Assembly: GCA_051003195.1 (NCBI GenBank)
Contig: JBPCLP010000017.1
Location: forward strand, 32,001-96,000
DNA length: 64,000 nt
Reading direction: 5' to 3'
Origin: Candidatus Sumerlaeaceae bacterium
GTDB lineage: Bacteria; Sumerlaeota; Sumerlaeia; Sumerlaeales; Sumerlaeaceae
Shown one piece after another: positions 9,224 to 19,532 of this stretch. A model generated the notes under the pieces. The model saw only the letters and a program-made list of their open reading frames with translations, had not been told where the DNA came from and ran no database searches. Every line of letters begins with the position of its first letter. Position 1 is the stretch's first letter. The translations under genes and the position numbers were made by a program.

Positions 9224-9535
9224 ATGGCCGGACAGAAGATCAGAATTAACCTAAATGCCTTCGATTACCGCCTGCTTGATGCAAGTGTGCAGGAGATTGT
9301 CGACACGGCAAAGCGAACAGGTGCCAGGATTGCAGGGCCTGTTCCGCTGCCGACGCGCACGAGCAAGTACACCGTACTTCGTTCGCCGCACGTGGACAAA
9401 AAGAGCCGCGAGCAGTTTGAAATGCGGCGTCACAAGCGGCTGGTCGACATTGTCGACCCGACGCAGAAGACGCTCGACGCGCTTACCGAGCTGGATCTTC
9501 CGGCTGGTGTGCACGTGGAAATAAAGCTAACCTAA
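9224..9535 (+). CDS. rpsJ: 30S ribosomal protein S10
   Basis: [21 protein letters not shown]. Confidence 0.99.
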   Translation: MAGQKIRINLNAFDYRLLDASVQEIVDTAKRTGARIAGPVPLPTRTSKYTVLRSPHVDKKSREQFEMRRHKRLVDIVDPTQKTLDALTELDLPAGVHVEIKLT

Positions 9536-9608
9536 GAAACAGACGTACAGTTGGCGGAGGGGAAAGCGCGGCGGCGACGCCGGACCGCCCCCTCCCTGGA
9601 GAAAAGAA

Positions 9609-10352
9609 ATGTCTCTCGGATTATTGGGAAAAAAACTGGGCATGTCCCAGATCTTCGACAAGGATGGCAAGCTTGTGCCTGTGACGTATATCCAGGCCGG
9701 GCCGTGCTATGTTGTCCAGAAGAAGACGAAGGATACCGACGGCTATGAAGCCGTGCAGGTGGGCTTTGGCGAAAAGAAGGAAAAGAACGTCACCAAGCCG
9801 GAGCAGGGCCACTTTAAGAAGGGCAATGTTCCGCTGCTGCGCTACGTGCGCGAGTTTCGTCTCGAAGATGGCAACGGCGATGTGCCCGAAGTGGGCGCTG
9901 TACTGGACGTCGACTTGTTCAAGGAAGGCGACCACATCGACATCGTCGGCGTGAGTAAAGGTCGCGGCTTCGCGTCGCCAATCAAGCGCTGGCATGTAAG
10001 CCGTGGGCCGGAGAGCCATGGTTCTATGTACCATCGTCGGGCAGGCTCGCAGGGTGCTTCGAGTTATCCTTCACGCACATGGAAAAACAAAAAGGGCGCG
10101 GGCCACATGGGCGCGGCGCGCAGCACGGTTATTAACCTGGTCGTCGTGAAGACGGACAAAGAAAAGAACCTGCTTTTGGTACGCGGCAGTGTGCCCGGCC
10201 ATCCAAATAGTTTCGTAATGATCCGCAAGACGGTTCGCGCCAAGAAGGCCGCCCGTCAGCTCCAGTTGCAGGAAACAGCTGCAGAGCGCGCCAAGGCAGC
10301 AGCCAGCAAGGTTGTGAACCCGCTCAAGGCGTCGAAGAAGGGTGGTAAGTAA
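9609..10352 (+). CDS. rplC: 50S ribosomal protein L3 with C-terminal extension
   Basis: GLLGKKLGMSQIF, DGYEAVQVGF, GPESHGS. Confidence 0.98.
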   Translation: MSLGLLGKKLGMSQIFDKDGKLVPVTYIQAGPCYVVQKKTKDTDGYEAVQVGFGEKKEKNVTKPEQGHFKKGNVPLLRYVREFRLEDGNGDVPEVGAVLDVDLFKEGDHIDIVGVSKGRGFASPIKRWHVSRGPESHGSMYHRRAGSQGASSYPSRTWKNKKGAGHMGAARSTVINLVVVKTDKEKNLLLVRGSVPGHPNSFVMIRKTVRAKKAARQLQLQETAAERAKAAASKVVNPLKASKKGGK

Positions 10353-10355
10353 CCG

Positions 10356-11003
10356 ATGGCTACGTTAACAGTCCGCGATGCAAAGGGTGCCGACGCAGGC
10401 ACAGTTGATGTCTCCGATGCGATCTTCAGCGTCGAACCCAACAAGAACGCGGTGCGACAGGCATTGATCGCCTACGAGGCAAATCAGCGCCAGGGCACGC
10501 ACTCCACCAAGACACGTGCTTTTGTAAGAGGCGGCGGCAGGAAGCCGTGGAAGCAAAAGGGTACCGGCCGTGCGCGGCAGGGATCGATCCGTTCGCCCCA
10601 GTGGCGCGGTGGAGCGATCATCTTCGGGCCCACACCACGTGACTACCGCCAGAAGGTGAACAAGAAGGTTCGCCGGCTTGCGCTGAACAGCGTGCTGAGC
10701 GACCTGCGCAATGAAAACAAAATCACGGTGCTGAAGGCATTCGGTTTCGAAGCCCCAAGGACGAAGGATTTCATTTCTCTGCTGGGCCGTATCGGTGTCA
10801 GTGAAGCTCAGCGCGTGCTGGTGCTGACCACGGGTTCGGATGATAACGTTAAGAAGAGCGCTGCGAACATCGCGAGCGTACTTGTCTCGGACGTACAGAA
10901 TGTAAACGTTTACGACCTGCTGACCTGTGATCACCTGATCACCACGCCCGAAGCATTGAAGGCGCTCGAGAAGCAGTTCGGTGCTGAGGAGGAAGCAGCA
11001 TGA
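10356..11003 (+). CDS. rplD: 50S ribosomal protein L4
   Basis: RQGTHSTKTR, KPWKQKGTGRARQGS. Confidence 0.98.
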   Translation: MATLTVRDAKGADAGTVDVSDAIFSVEPNKNAVRQALIAYEANQRQGTHSTKTRAFVRGGGRKPWKQKGTGRARQGSIRSPQWRGGAIIFGPTPRDYRQKVNKKVRRLALNSVLSDLRNENKITVLKAFGFEAPRTKDFISLLGRIGVSEAQRVLVLTTGSDDNVKKSAANIASVLVSDVQNVNVYDLLTCDHLITTPEALKALEKQFGAEEEAA

Positions 11004-11287
11004 AATCGCCGTACCAGATTCTACAGCGCCCGTTAATTACCGAACGGGCAACTCTGCTGGCCGAGAACAAGGAAGGCCCGCAGTACGTCTTCCGCGTTTC
11101 GAAGACCGCCAACAAGATCGAGATCCGCAAGGCGATCGAGTCGGTATTCAACGTGCAGGTGGACAACGTGAATACCGTTGTAGTTAAAGGCAAGAAACGC
11201 CGCCAGGGCCGCAATGTTGGCAAGACATCGGATTGGAAGAAGGCGTTCGTAACGCTCAAGGAAGGACAGACGATCGACGTGCTGTAG
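11000..11287 (+). CDS. rplW: 50S ribosomal protein L23
   Basis: PLITE, ANKIEIRKAIE, WKKAFVTL. Confidence 0.97.
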   Translation: MKSPYQILQRPLITERATLLAENKEGPQYVFRVSKTANKIEIRKAIESVFNVQVDNVNTVVVKGKKRRQGRNVGKTSDWKKAFVTLKEGQTIDVL

Positions 11288-11325
11288 GCGCGAGCCTGTA
11301 GCCTTGTGTTGATACGAGGAAAACC

Positions 11326-12156
11326 ATGCCAGTAAAAACATTTAAACCAACTACCCCGGGCCGGCGCCAGATGACGGTCGCCAGTTTCGACGAGATTACG
11401 CGTACCAAGCCTGAGAAGTCGCTTGTCGTATCGCTGAAGAAGTCCGGTGGCCGCAACAACTTAGGACGCATCACCAGCCGCTGGATCGGTGGTGGCCATA
11501 AGCGCCGCTACCGTATCATCGACTTCAAGCGCGATAAGGAAGGCATTCCGGCAAAAGTCGTGTCGATCGAGTATGATCCGAACCGCAGCGCGCGCATCGC
11601 ACTGCTGCAGTACTCCGATGGCGAGAAGCGCTACATCCTTGCGCCGATGGGCCTGCAGGTTGGCGCACGTGTCGATTCGGGCGAGAAGTCTGAAATTCAG
11701 CCCGGCAACACGCTTAAGCTCAAGGACATGCCGGTCGGTACAATCATCCACGCCATCGAGATGAAACCTGGCAAGGGCGCGCAGATCGCTCGCAGTGCCG
11801 GCGTCTCAGCGCAGCTGCTGGCCAAGGAAGGAACTTACGCGACGATCCGTTTGCAGTCCGGAGAAGTTCGCCAGATTCACCGTGAGTGCCGTGCGACGAT
11901 TGGCGAGGTTGGCAATAAAGAGCACGAGAATATTTCAATCGGTAAGGCAGGCCGTACGCGCTGGTTGGGCAAGCGCCCTGAGGTTCGCGGTGTGGCTATG
12001 AACCCGGTGGATCACCCACATGGTGGCGGCGAGGGCAAGACCTCCGGCGGACGTCATCCGGTTTCACCCTGGGGGCAGCTTACCAAGGGCTACAAGACGC
12101 GCAAAAAGAAGAACGCCAGCTCCAAGTATATCCTGAAGCGGAGGAACCAGAAGTAA
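11326..12156 (+). CDS. rplB: 50S ribosomal protein L2
   Basis: [30 protein letters not shown]. Confidence 0.99.
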   Translation: MPVKTFKPTTPGRRQMTVASFDEITRTKPEKSLVVSLKKSGGRNNLGRITSRWIGGGHKRRYRIIDFKRDKEGIPAKVVSIEYDPNRSARIALLQYSDGEKRYILAPMGLQVGARVDSGEKSEIQPGNTLKLKDMPVGTIIHAIEMKPGKGAQIARSAGVSAQLLAKEGTYATIRLQSGEVRQIHRECRATIGEVGNKEHENISIGKAGRTRWLGKRPEVRGVAMNPVDHPHGGGEGKTSGGRHPVSPWGQLTKGYKTRKKKNASSKYILKRRNQK

Positions 12157-12157
12157 C

Positions 12158-12442
12158 ATGGCACGTAGCGTATCCAAAGGTCCGTTTATCGAGGAGAGCC
12201 TGGCAAAGCGTGTCGAGCAGGCCCAGAAAGTCGGCGACAAAAAGGTCATCAAGACATGGAGCCGTGCGTCCACTGTGACGCCGGACATGGTTGGACTGAC
12301 CATCGCCGTACACAACGGCAAGCAGTTCCTGCCGATCTACATTAACGAGAACATGGTTGGCCACAAGCTTGGCGAGTTTGCTTCCACGCGGCTGTTTCGC
12401 GCGCACGGCGGCAAAACGGCCAAGGCCACTGGCGCGAAGTAA
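12158..12442 (+). CDS. rpsS: 30S ribosomal protein S19
   Basis: [18 protein letters not shown]. Confidence 0.98.
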   Translation: MARSVSKGPFIEESLAKRVEQAQKVGDKKVIKTWSRASTVTPDMVGLTIAVHNGKQFLPIYINENMVGHKLGEFASTRLFRAHGGKTAKATGAK

Positions 12443-12453
12443 GGGACACAGAA

Positions 12454-12825
12454 ATGTCGAAGCAGAAAAAAGCAAAGAACTATGAAGCGGTCAGCGAAGC
12501 CAGGCTGCGCCATGCGCGCATGCCGGCCCGTAAGGCGCGCCTCATCGCAGATCTGATTCGTGGCAAGAGTGTCGGCGAAGCGCTGCGTATTCTGCAGGTC
12601 ACGCACAAGCCGAGCGCCTGCCCGGCCGTGCTGAACGTGCTCAAAAGCGCCCGCAAGAACGCCGAAGACGTGGCTGGAGTTGCTGAGCCGGACAACCTGT
12701 TGGTCGGCACTGTGTTCGTGGACGGCGCGGCCATGATGAAGCGCATGCGCGCAGCCCCGATGGGCCGCGGCGTCAAGGTTCGCAAGCGTTCTTGTCATAT
12801 CACTATTCGGCTGAATGAAGAGTAA
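12454..12825 (+). CDS. rplV: 50S ribosomal protein L22
   Basis: RKARLIADLIRGK, RKRSCHITI; operon position. Confidence 0.97.
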   Translation: MSKQKKAKNYEAVSEARLRHARMPARKARLIADLIRGKSVGEALRILQVTHKPSACPAVLNVLKSARKNAEDVAGVAEPDNLLVGTVFVDGAAMMKRMRAAPMGRGVKVRKRSCHITIRLNEE

Positions 12826-12834
12826 GAGGGACCA

Positions 12835-13512
12835 ATGGGACAGAAAGTACATCCGATAGCCTTCCGGCTGGGAGTCATCAAGCAGTGGGAGAGCCGTTGG
12901 TACTTCGACAAGAAGACCTACAAGGAATACCTGCACGAAGACCTGATGCTGCGCAAGGAGATCAAGCGTCGGTTCTATCATGCCGGGATTGCCCGTATCG
13001 ACATCGAGCGTGCCACCACACGTGCTAAGATTACGATCCACACAGCGCGCCCCGGCATTATCATCGGTCGCAAGGGTGCTGAGATTGAAAGCCTGCGTCG
13101 GGATTTCGAGAAGAAGACCGGTAAGCAGGTTATCATCAACATCGAGGAAATCAAGAAGGCCGATGTGGTCGCCCAGCTTGTGGCCGAGAACGTCGGCAGC
13201 CAGCTTATGCGGCGCATAGGGTTTCGCCGCGCGATGAAGAAGACGGTGCTCGCGTCGATCAAGGCTGGCGCACTTGGAATCAAGATCAAGTGCGGTGGAC
13301 GCCTGGCGGGTGCTGAAATTGCGCGCTCGGAATGGTACCGCGAGGGCCGTGTGCCACTGCACACCATCCGCGCCGACATCGATTACGGTTTCGCCGAGGC
13401 CAAGACAAAGTACGGCATCATCGGCATCAAGGTTTGGATCTTCCGCGGCGAAGTATTTGAAGAGGCGCAGGAGCCGCGCAAGAGCCAGGCGGCAGTGCCA
13501 GCTACAGCATAA
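12835..13512 (+). CDS. rpsC: 30S ribosomal protein S3
   Basis: [22 protein letters not shown]. Confidence 0.99.
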   Translation: MGQKVHPIAFRLGVIKQWESRWYFDKKTYKEYLHEDLMLRKEIKRRFYHAGIARIDIERATTRAKITIHTARPGIIIGRKGAEIESLRRDFEKKTGKQVIINIEEIKKADVVAQLVAENVGSQLMRRIGFRRAMKKTVLASIKAGALGIKIKCGGRLAGAEIARSEWYREGRVPLHTIRADIDYGFAEAKTKYGIIGIKVWIFRGEVFEEAQEPRKSQAAVPATA

Positions 13513-13525
13513 CGGAGAACAAAAC

Positions 13526-13735
13526 ATGCACTTCGGTCCTGACGAGACGGCAGTGATCAAGGTGTTCAACGCGGGCGACGAGATCTCGCTCGAGGAAAAG
13601 GTTAACCAATTCCTCGAGGAGCACAGGGATCAGAGCCTGGCGGATTTGAAAGTAGAGCAGGTGGAGTATCACTCGCGGCAGGGCGGCGTAGAGTTCGGAC
13701 TAATGGCCGTCCTGGTCATGCGGGTGAAGCGGTAA
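13526..13735 (+). CDS. Small hypothetical protein inserted in the S10 operon (resembles Cse60/DUF2758-type proteins)
   Basis: GGAG SD and ATG at 13526; MHFGPDETAVIKVFNAGDEISLEEKVNQFLEEHRDQSLADLKVEQ...; fills the rpsC-rplP gap. Confidence 0.75.
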   Translation: MHFGPDETAVIKVFNAGDEISLEEKVNQFLEEHRDQSLADLKVEQVEYHSRQGGVEFGLMAVLVMRVKR

Positions 13736-13797
13736 AGTTGAGTACAAGGATTTAGCGGGGAGCTACCAAGCGTTCCCCAAAGTGAACGGATAAGGCG

Positions 13798-14229
13798 ATG
13801 CTACTACCAAAGCGTGTAAAACATCGGAAGGTGCAGAAAGGCCGCAGACGCGGCAAGGCGTACCGTGGCTCTGAGCTGACATTTGGTCAGTTTGGTCTGC
13901 AGGCGCTGGAGGCCGGTTGGATCACGAACCGCCAGATTGAGGCGGCGCGCGTGGCCATGACGCGTCATATCAAACGTGGCGGCAAGTTATGGATTAATAT
14001 TTTCCCCGACAAGCCACTTACGGTGAAACCGGCCGAGACCCGCATGGGCAAGGGCAAGGGTAACCCCGAGCACTGGGTGGCCGTTGTGAAGCCTGGCCGC
14101 ATCATGTTCGAGCTGGAAGGCGTTTCGCCCCAATTGGCGAAAGAAGCCATGAGTCTGGCGGCTCACAAGCTGCCGCTCAAGACCAAGTTTTTGAAGCGTG
14201 AGGAGGCGCAGATAGCCAGTGAAGAATAG
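13798..14229 (+). CDS. rplP: 50S ribosomal protein L16
   Basis: [23 protein letters not shown]. Confidence 0.99.
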   Translation: MLLPKRVKHRKVQKGRRRGKAYRGSELTFGQFGLQALEAGWITNRQIEAARVAMTRHIKRGGKLWINIFPDKPLTVKPAETRMGKGKGNPEHWVAVVKPGRIMFELEGVSPQLAKEAMSLAAHKLPLKTKFLKREEAQIASEE

Positions 14230-14431
14230 TGAACTAAAAGCTTTGGCCCTGGACGAACTGCAGGAGAAGCTGGATAAGCAAATCAAAGACCTTTACCAGA
14301 TGCGCCTGCGCGCCACCACTAAAGAACTTGAGCGTCCCACAGACATTCGCGCGGGCCGCCGCGATATTGCCCGCATCAAGCAGGCGATTGGCGACAAGCA
14401 GCGCGAAGCCAGCAAGAACGCCTCGAAGTAA
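14219..14431 (+). CDS. rpmC: 50S ribosomal protein L29
   Basis: RRDIARIK; operon position. Confidence 0.93.
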   Translation: MKNSELKALALDELQEKLDKQIKDLYQMRLRATTKELERPTDIRAGRRDIARIKQAIGDKQREASKNASK

Positions 14432-14453
14432 CCGGAAGAACATAGGAAAAGAC

Positions 14454-14759
14454 ATGGCAACGGAAACGAAAAAGAAAATCGCCAGCACTGACACCGCGGA
14501 GACGAGCGATCGTGGGCGCCGCAAGTCACGCGTCGGCAAGGTCGTCAGCAGCAAGATGAACAAGACCATCGTTGTGGCGGTGGTGCGTATGGTAAAGCAT
14601 CCGCTCTACCATAAGTACATCAAGCGCACGACCAAGCTGTACGCGCATGACGAGAAGAACGACGCCCGGGAGGGTGATACCGTTCGCGTGATTGAGACGC
14701 GTCCACTGAGCAAGCTCAAGTGCTGGCGCGTTGCGGAAGTTATCGATAGAGCCAAATAG
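14454..14759 (+). CDS. rpsQ: 30S ribosomal protein S17
   Basis: [30 protein letters not shown] at 14454 after AGGA. Confidence 0.97.
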   Translation: MATETKKKIASTDTAETSDRGRRKSRVGKVVSSKMNKTIVVAVVRMVKHPLYHKYIKRTTKLYAHDEKNDAREGDTVRVIETRPLSKLKCWRVAEVIDRAK

Positions 14760-14830
14760 TTTAACAGTAGAAGCAGCCGTAGACATGGGCCAACCACCCG
14801 CGCCACGGCACACGAGTTGAGGACACTGAG

Positions 14831-15199
14831 ATGATTCAAGAATATACAATGCTGGATGTGGCGGACAACACGGGCGCCAAGAAGCTTCGTTGCTTTAAGG
14901 TGCTCGGAGGCACCCGTCGGCGCTATGCACGCATCGGGGACGTGGTTGTAGCCAGCGTACGTGAGGCAACCCCGGACGCGACCGTCAAAAAGGGCGCGGT
15001 CGTCAAGGCCGTGATAGTTCGCACCACCAAGGAGCTTGGCCGCGAAGACGGAACGTTTGTGAAGTTCGACGGCAACGCTGCTGTGATCATCAATGCCAAC
15101 AACGAGCCCGTCGGTACCCGTATCTTCGGTGCTGTCGGACGTGAATTGCGCAAAAAGAATTTTATGAAGATCATCTCACTGGCTCCGGAAGTCATCTGA
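14831..15199 (+). CDS. rplN: 50S ribosomal protein L14
   Basis: [17 protein letters not shown]. Confidence 0.99.
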   Translation: MIQEYTMLDVADNTGAKKLRCFKVLGGTRRRYARIGDVVVASVREATPDATVKKGAVVKAVIVRTTKELGREDGTFVKFDGNAAVIINANNEPVGTRIFGAVGRELRKKNFMKIISLAPEVI

Positions 15200-15214
15200 G
15201 GTAGAGGACGAGAA

Positions 15215-15526
15215 ATGTCGCTTAGAATTAAAAAGAACGACCGGGTAAAAGTGCTTTCCGGTAAGGACAAGGGAACCGTTTCACGTGTCGTGGCTGTGAT
15301 GCCGGCAAAGGAGCGGGCGCTTGTTGAGCATGTGAACATGGTCAAGCGTCACACCCGTGCGCGCGGCCAGGGCCAGCCTGGCGGGATCATTGAAAAGGAA
15401 GCACCGATACACTTGTCAAACCTGGCGCTGTATTGCGAAGCGTGCAAAACAGGCGTCCGGTTCGGCAGTGAAGTGCGTAACAACGAAAAGGTACGTGTGT
15501 GCAAGAAGTGCGGAGTCGCGCTGTAG
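15215..15526 (+). CDS. rplX: 50S ribosomal protein L24
   Basis: KOW motif VLSGKDKG, GGIIEKEAPIHLSN; CEAC and CKKC. Confidence 0.97.
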   Translation: MSLRIKKNDRVKVLSGKDKGTVSRVVAVMPAKERALVEHVNMVKRHTRARGQGQPGGIIEKEAPIHLSNLALYCEACKTGVRFGSEVRNNEKVRVCKKCGVAL

Positions 15527-15593
15527 AGTAAGCGGCTCAATTGGAATTGGGCGACGTACTATGCCGTCGCCTGGATAGAAGAAGGACTGAGAA

Positions 15594-16256
15594 ATGGCTG
15601 AGACAAAGCAGGATAAAAAAGAGAAGTCGCGCAAGGCCGAGGCTGACGAAGCCGGTGGCGTGGCCGTGGCCGACGCCGACGATGGTGCCGAGCGCGAACA
15701 ACTGCAGGGTTATATTCCTGCCTATAAGACCAAATATCGCGATGAAATCGTTCCCGCGATGATCAAGCGCTTTGGCTACAAGAACGTTAACGAGGCACCG
15801 CGGCTCCAGAAGATCGTCGTGAACATGGGCGTCGGCGAAGCTTCGCGCGATGCGAAGCTGATCGACACCGCCGAGAAGGAACTGGCGCAGATCACCGGCC
15901 AGAAGCCTAAACGCACGCTTGCCAAGAAATCGATCAGCGCGTTCAAGCTGCGCGAGGGTATGCCGGTTGGCTGCTTCGTAACGCTTCGCGGGAACATGAT
16001 GTACGAATTCCTGGAGCGGCTGATAAACGTCGCCATTCCCCGCGTGCGTGACTTCCGCGGCTTTCCGACCCGCAGCTTTGATGGCCGTGGCAATCATTCG
16101 CTGGGCATTCGCGAACACCTGATCTTCATGGAACTCGATTATAACAAGGTGACCGCCGTCAAAGGCATGAATATCACCACCGTAACCAGCGCAAAAACGG
16201 ACGAGGAAGCACTGGAACTGCTGCGCCAGTTCGGTTTCCCGTTCCGCGAAAAGTAA
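15594..16256 (+). CDS. rplE: 50S ribosomal protein L5 with charged N-terminal extension
   Basis: [24 protein letters not shown]. Confidence 0.98.
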   Translation: MAETKQDKKEKSRKAEADEAGGVAVADADDGAEREQLQGYIPAYKTKYRDEIVPAMIKRFGYKNVNEAPRLQKIVVNMGVGEASRDAKLIDTAEKELAQITGQKPKRTLAKKSISAFKLREGMPVGCFVTLRGNMMYEFLERLINVAIPRVRDFRGFPTRSFDGRGNHSLGIREHLIFMELDYNKVTAVKGMNITTVTSAKTDEEALELLRQFGFPFREK

Positions 16257-16269
16257 GGAGAACGCATCG

Positions 16270-16455
16270 ATGTCCACCTGTGCGAAAGAGTATAAAGCGA
16301 AGTCGCCCGCGAAGTTCAGCTCGCGTAAGCACAATCGCTGTCCGATCTGTGGCCGCGGCCGTGCTTACATCCGCGACTTCAACATGTGCCGCATTTGCTT
16401 CCGCAACCTCGCAAGCAAAGGTCACATTCCCGGCGTCACCAAGAGCTCCTGGTAA
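16270..16455 (+). CDS. rpsZ: 30S ribosomal protein S14, zinc-binding type Z
   Basis: 61 aa; CPIC...[12 protein letters not shown]. Confidence 0.97.
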   Translation: MSTCAKEYKAKSPAKFSSRKHNRCPICGRGRAYIRDFNMCRICFRNLASKGHIPGVTKSSW

Positions 16456-16596
16456 TCAGGTAGCTGAACCGAACCAAAGTAGCTGTAAAGAGAACCGAGT
16501 CCCCGCAACCGAGCGGGGCGAAGCGGTGTAAGTCCTGCCGGGGCCAAGCCACCGGGGATACTGCACCAGAAAACAGAGAGAAGAAAAAGAGCTGAC

Positions 16597-16998
16597 ATGC
16601 CGGTAACCGATCCCATCGCAGACATGCTGACGCGCATCCGCAACGCCAACACTGCGCGTCATGAGGAAGTCGAAATCCCCTACTCGAAGGTGAAGTGGGA
16701 AATTGCGCGCATCCTTAAAGAAGAGGGTTTTATCAAGGCCTGCTTCTGGAACAGCAAGGGCAAGAAAAAGGCCCCGATCAAAGTTTACCTGAAGTACGGT
16801 CCGAACCAGGAGCGTGTTCTGCACGGGTTGCAGCGCGTTTCTAAGCCCGGTATTCGCAAATACTCGGGTGCAACCGCAGTTCCGCGTACGCTGGACGGAC
16901 TTGGTGTAAGCATCATTTCCACGAGTCGTGGACTATTAACCGACCGCCACTGCCGCCTGCAGAATGTCGGCGGCGAAGTTCTGTGCAAGATTTGGTAG
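16597..16998 (+). CDS. rpsH: 30S ribosomal protein S8
   Basis: [22 protein letters not shown]. Confidence 0.98.
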   Translation: MPVTDPIADMLTRIRNANTARHEEVEIPYSKVKWEIARILKEEGFIKACFWNSKGKKKAPIKVYLKYGPNQERVLHGLQRVSKPGIRKYSGATAVPRTLDGLGVSIISTSRGLLTDRHCRLQNVGGEVLCKIW

Positions 16999-17065
16999 GC
17001 TGCCAACTGGCCTTGTCCCGCCACCGGCTGGACATCGGTTGAGATAGAGAGAAAGTGACACTAAG

Positions 17066-17605
17066 ATGAGCCGCATAGGAAAAGTTCCGATTCCCGTTCC
17101 AAAGGGCGTCGATGTAAAAATTGATAAGAACGAGATCCACGTTAAGGGTCCCAAGGGTACGCTCGATTTCACCTTCCCGCCTCGCGTGACGGTGAAGCAG
17201 GAGGACGGCGCTGTGCATGTGATGCGCCACGGCGACGACAAGCAGAGCAAGGCCTACCATGGCCTGGTTCAGCGTCTCGTCCGGAATATGGTCATCGGCG
17301 TAACCGACGGTTTCCGTAAGGAACTCGAAATCCAGGGCGTCGGATACCGTGCTGCGGTGGACGGCAACAGACTGAACCTGTCACTTGGCTTCTCCCATCC
17401 CGTTGTTTTTGAAACACCGGCAGGAATTAAGATTGAAGTGCCGAAGCCCACGTCCGTCATTATCACTGGCCACGATAAGCAGCAGGTCGGCCAGGTCGCG
17501 GCCGTGATTCGCGGGTTCCGCCCGCCCGAGCCGTACAAGGGCAAGGGTATCCGTTACGTTGGCGAATACGTGCGGCGCAAAGTTGGCAAGACGAGCGGCA
17601 AGTAA
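17066..17605 (+). CDS. rplF: 50S ribosomal protein L6
   Basis: MSRIGK, RPPEPYKGKGIRY. Confidence 0.99.
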   Translation: MSRIGKVPIPVPKGVDVKIDKNEIHVKGPKGTLDFTFPPRVTVKQEDGAVHVMRHGDDKQSKAYHGLVQRLVRNMVIGVTDGFRKELEIQGVGYRAAVDGNRLNLSLGFSHPVVFETPAGIKIEVPKPTSVIITGHDKQQVGQVAAVIRGFRPPEPYKGKGIRYVGEYVRRKVGKTSGK

Positions 17606-17693
17606 TCACCGCTGAACAAGTTTCAGGAGATCGACTGACCGGAGATCTCCAGGCAGCCCTCCTATATTCGGAGAGCGAAAAGGAAGAGAAGAA

Positions 17694-18062
17694 ATGATAG
17701 CAGCAACGTCAAAAGAGAAGCGCGAGAAGCGGCGCCTGCGGATCCGCAAGAAGATTGTAGGTACGGCCGAGCGGCCCCGCCTGTCGGTTTTCAAGAGCCT
17801 CAAGCACTTGTATGTGCAAGTGACTGACGATGCCACGGGACGCACGCTTGCGGCCGCCACGACCAACACCAAGGCCAACAAGGCCGGTGGGAAGAAGTCG
17901 TTTGCAAACGTGAGCAATGCGCAGGCACTCGGGCGCACGGTTGCCGACAAGGCAAAAGCCTCGGGCATCGAGTCTATCGTGTTTGATCGTAGCGGCTATC
18001 CCTATCACGGGATTGTCAAAGCGGTGGCGGAAGCAGCCCGCGAAGCTGGATTGAAGTTCTAA
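17694..18062 (+). CDS. rplR: 50S ribosomal protein L18
   Basis: [24 protein letters not shown]. Confidence 0.98.
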   Translation: MIAATSKEKREKRRLRIRKKIVGTAERPRLSVFKSLKHLYVQVTDDATGRTLAAATTNTKANKAGGKKSFANVSNAQALGRTVADKAKASGIESIVFDRSGYPYHGIVKAVAEAAREAGLKF

Positions 18063-18081
18063 AAGGAAAAGGTCGCAAAAC

Positions 18082-18768
18082 GTGAGTTTTACGCAAAACG
18101 TACAGAACCCGGCCCCAGGCCAGGAAGGCGCGGAGCCCAACGCCGAGCAACAGCCCCAGGAGGCATATGTTTCCTCGTGGCAGGAGCCGGAGAGAATTGA
18201 TCCGAAGTCACTGAACCTCAAGGAAGAAGTGGTACAGCTCAACCGCACGGCGAAAGTCGTGAAGGGTGGACGCCGCTTCAGCTTTGCCGCGCTGGTGGTC
18301 GTGGGTGACGGTAACGGTTACGTCGGGGTCGGCTTTGGAAAAGCTAATGAAGTTCCAGAGGCAATTTCCAAGGCGGCTGAAGACGGCAAGAAGAACCTGA
18401 TCAAGGTTCCAATGCGTGGCCGTACCATACCTCATTCCATCATCGGTGAGTTTGGCGCCGCGCGTGTGCTGTTGAAGCCGGCTTCCGAAGGTACGGGTCT
18501 TATAGCGGGTCCGGGCGTACGCACGGTTCTCACGATGGCAGGTGTTCACGACATTCTTACGAAGGTTATCGGCACGAATAATAAAATTAACGTTGTTAAA
18601 GCGACACTACAGGGCCTCGGCGCGCTGTACAACGCAGAGCGCATCGCGAAACTCCGCGGCCGCACCGTGCAGGAACTCTTTGGCAAGGAAGCGCCGAAGG
18701 CACCGGCACCCGCCGAGCAGGAATATGACACCTCCGCCTTCACAGGCGAAGGCGAAGGTAAGGAGTAA
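18082..18768 (+). CDS. rpsE: 30S ribosomal protein S5 with N- and C-terminal extensions
   Basis: [26 protein letters not shown]. Confidence 0.97.
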   Translation: MSFTQNVQNPAPGQEGAEPNAEQQPQEAYVSSWQEPERIDPKSLNLKEEVVQLNRTAKVVKGGRRFSFAALVVVGDGNGYVGVGFGKANEVPEAISKAAEDGKKNLIKVPMRGRTIPHSIIGEFGAARVLLKPASEGTGLIAGPGVRTVLTMAGVHDILTKVIGTNNKINVVKATLQGLGALYNAERIAKLRGRTVQELFGKEAPKAPAPAEQEYDTSAFTGEGEGKE

Positions 18769-18773
18769 AACCC

Positions 18774-18959
18774 GTGGCAGACAAAGTTAAGATCACGTGG
18801 GTGAAGAGCGGGATCAACCGCTTGCATGCCCACCGGCGTACGTTGCGTGCGCTTGGATTTACACATCTCAACCAGACCCGCGAGCACGAGCTGACGCCGC
18901 AGATCAAAGGCATGCTGCACCAGGTCGGCTACATGTGCAAAGTCGAGAAGCAGAGTTAA
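18774..18959 (+). CDS. rpmD: 50S ribosomal protein L30
   Basis: KITWVKSGI...TLRALG...TPQIKGM; operon position. Confidence 0.93.
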   Translation: MADKVKITWVKSGINRLHAHRRTLRALGFTHLNQTREHELTPQIKGMLHQVGYMCKVEKQS

Positions 18960-18974
18960 CGAGGAACGACGATA

Positions 18975-19445
18975 ATGAAGATTCAGGACCTAGGAAAAGA
19001 CCCGGGCCGTGCCAAGAAGGGCAAGCGGGTAGGACGTGGCGAGGCCAGCGGCCTCGGCAAAACGTCGGGCTATGGGCATAAGGGCTCGCAGGCACGCAGT
19101 GGACGAGGCAAGGGATACGGCGGAGGCTTCGAAGGCGGGCAGATGCCATTGCAGCGTCGCGTGCCAAAGCGCGGATTTGTGAACATCTTCCGTGAGGAAG
19201 TTGAAATCGTAAATCTATCCACGTTGGACAGCTTCGATGCAAACGCCACGGTAGATATGGACGCACTTAAGTCCATGGGCGCCGTTCGCAACCGCGCCAG
19301 GATTGTTAAAGTGCTGGGTAATGGCGAATTGACCAAGAAGCTGAACGTGAAGGCGCACCGTTTTTCAAAGTCCGCTAAAGAGAAGATCGAGGCAAAGGGC
19401 GGAACCGCGGAAGTGGTCGCATCAGCCGCAGCCGAAGCTAAGTGA
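18975..19445 (+). CDS. rplO: 50S ribosomal protein L15
   Basis: RVGRG...GKTSG.GHKG, FEGGQMPL.RRVPKRGF. Confidence 0.98.
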   Translation: MKIQDLGKDPGRAKKGKRVGRGEASGLGKTSGYGHKGSQARSGRGKGYGGGFEGGQMPLQRRVPKRGFVNIFREEVEIVNLSTLDSFDANATVDMDALKSMGAVRNRARIVKVLGNGELTKKLNVKAHRFSKSAKEKIEAKGGTAEVVASAAAEAK

Positions 19446-19532
19446 AACTGAATTTCTGGCAGTAAAGTATCGGCTGGCCGGAGGACCTTCATGGGACCTT
19501 CGGCCTGTCGCATTTGAAAAAGGGCCGCTATC

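Noticed and set aside
12337..13569. Long antisense ORFs over ribosomal and other genes (e.g. 12337-13569, 15537-16334, 26996-27895, 53304-54287)
   Set aside because: Shadow frames of strongly codon-biased genes on the opposite strand
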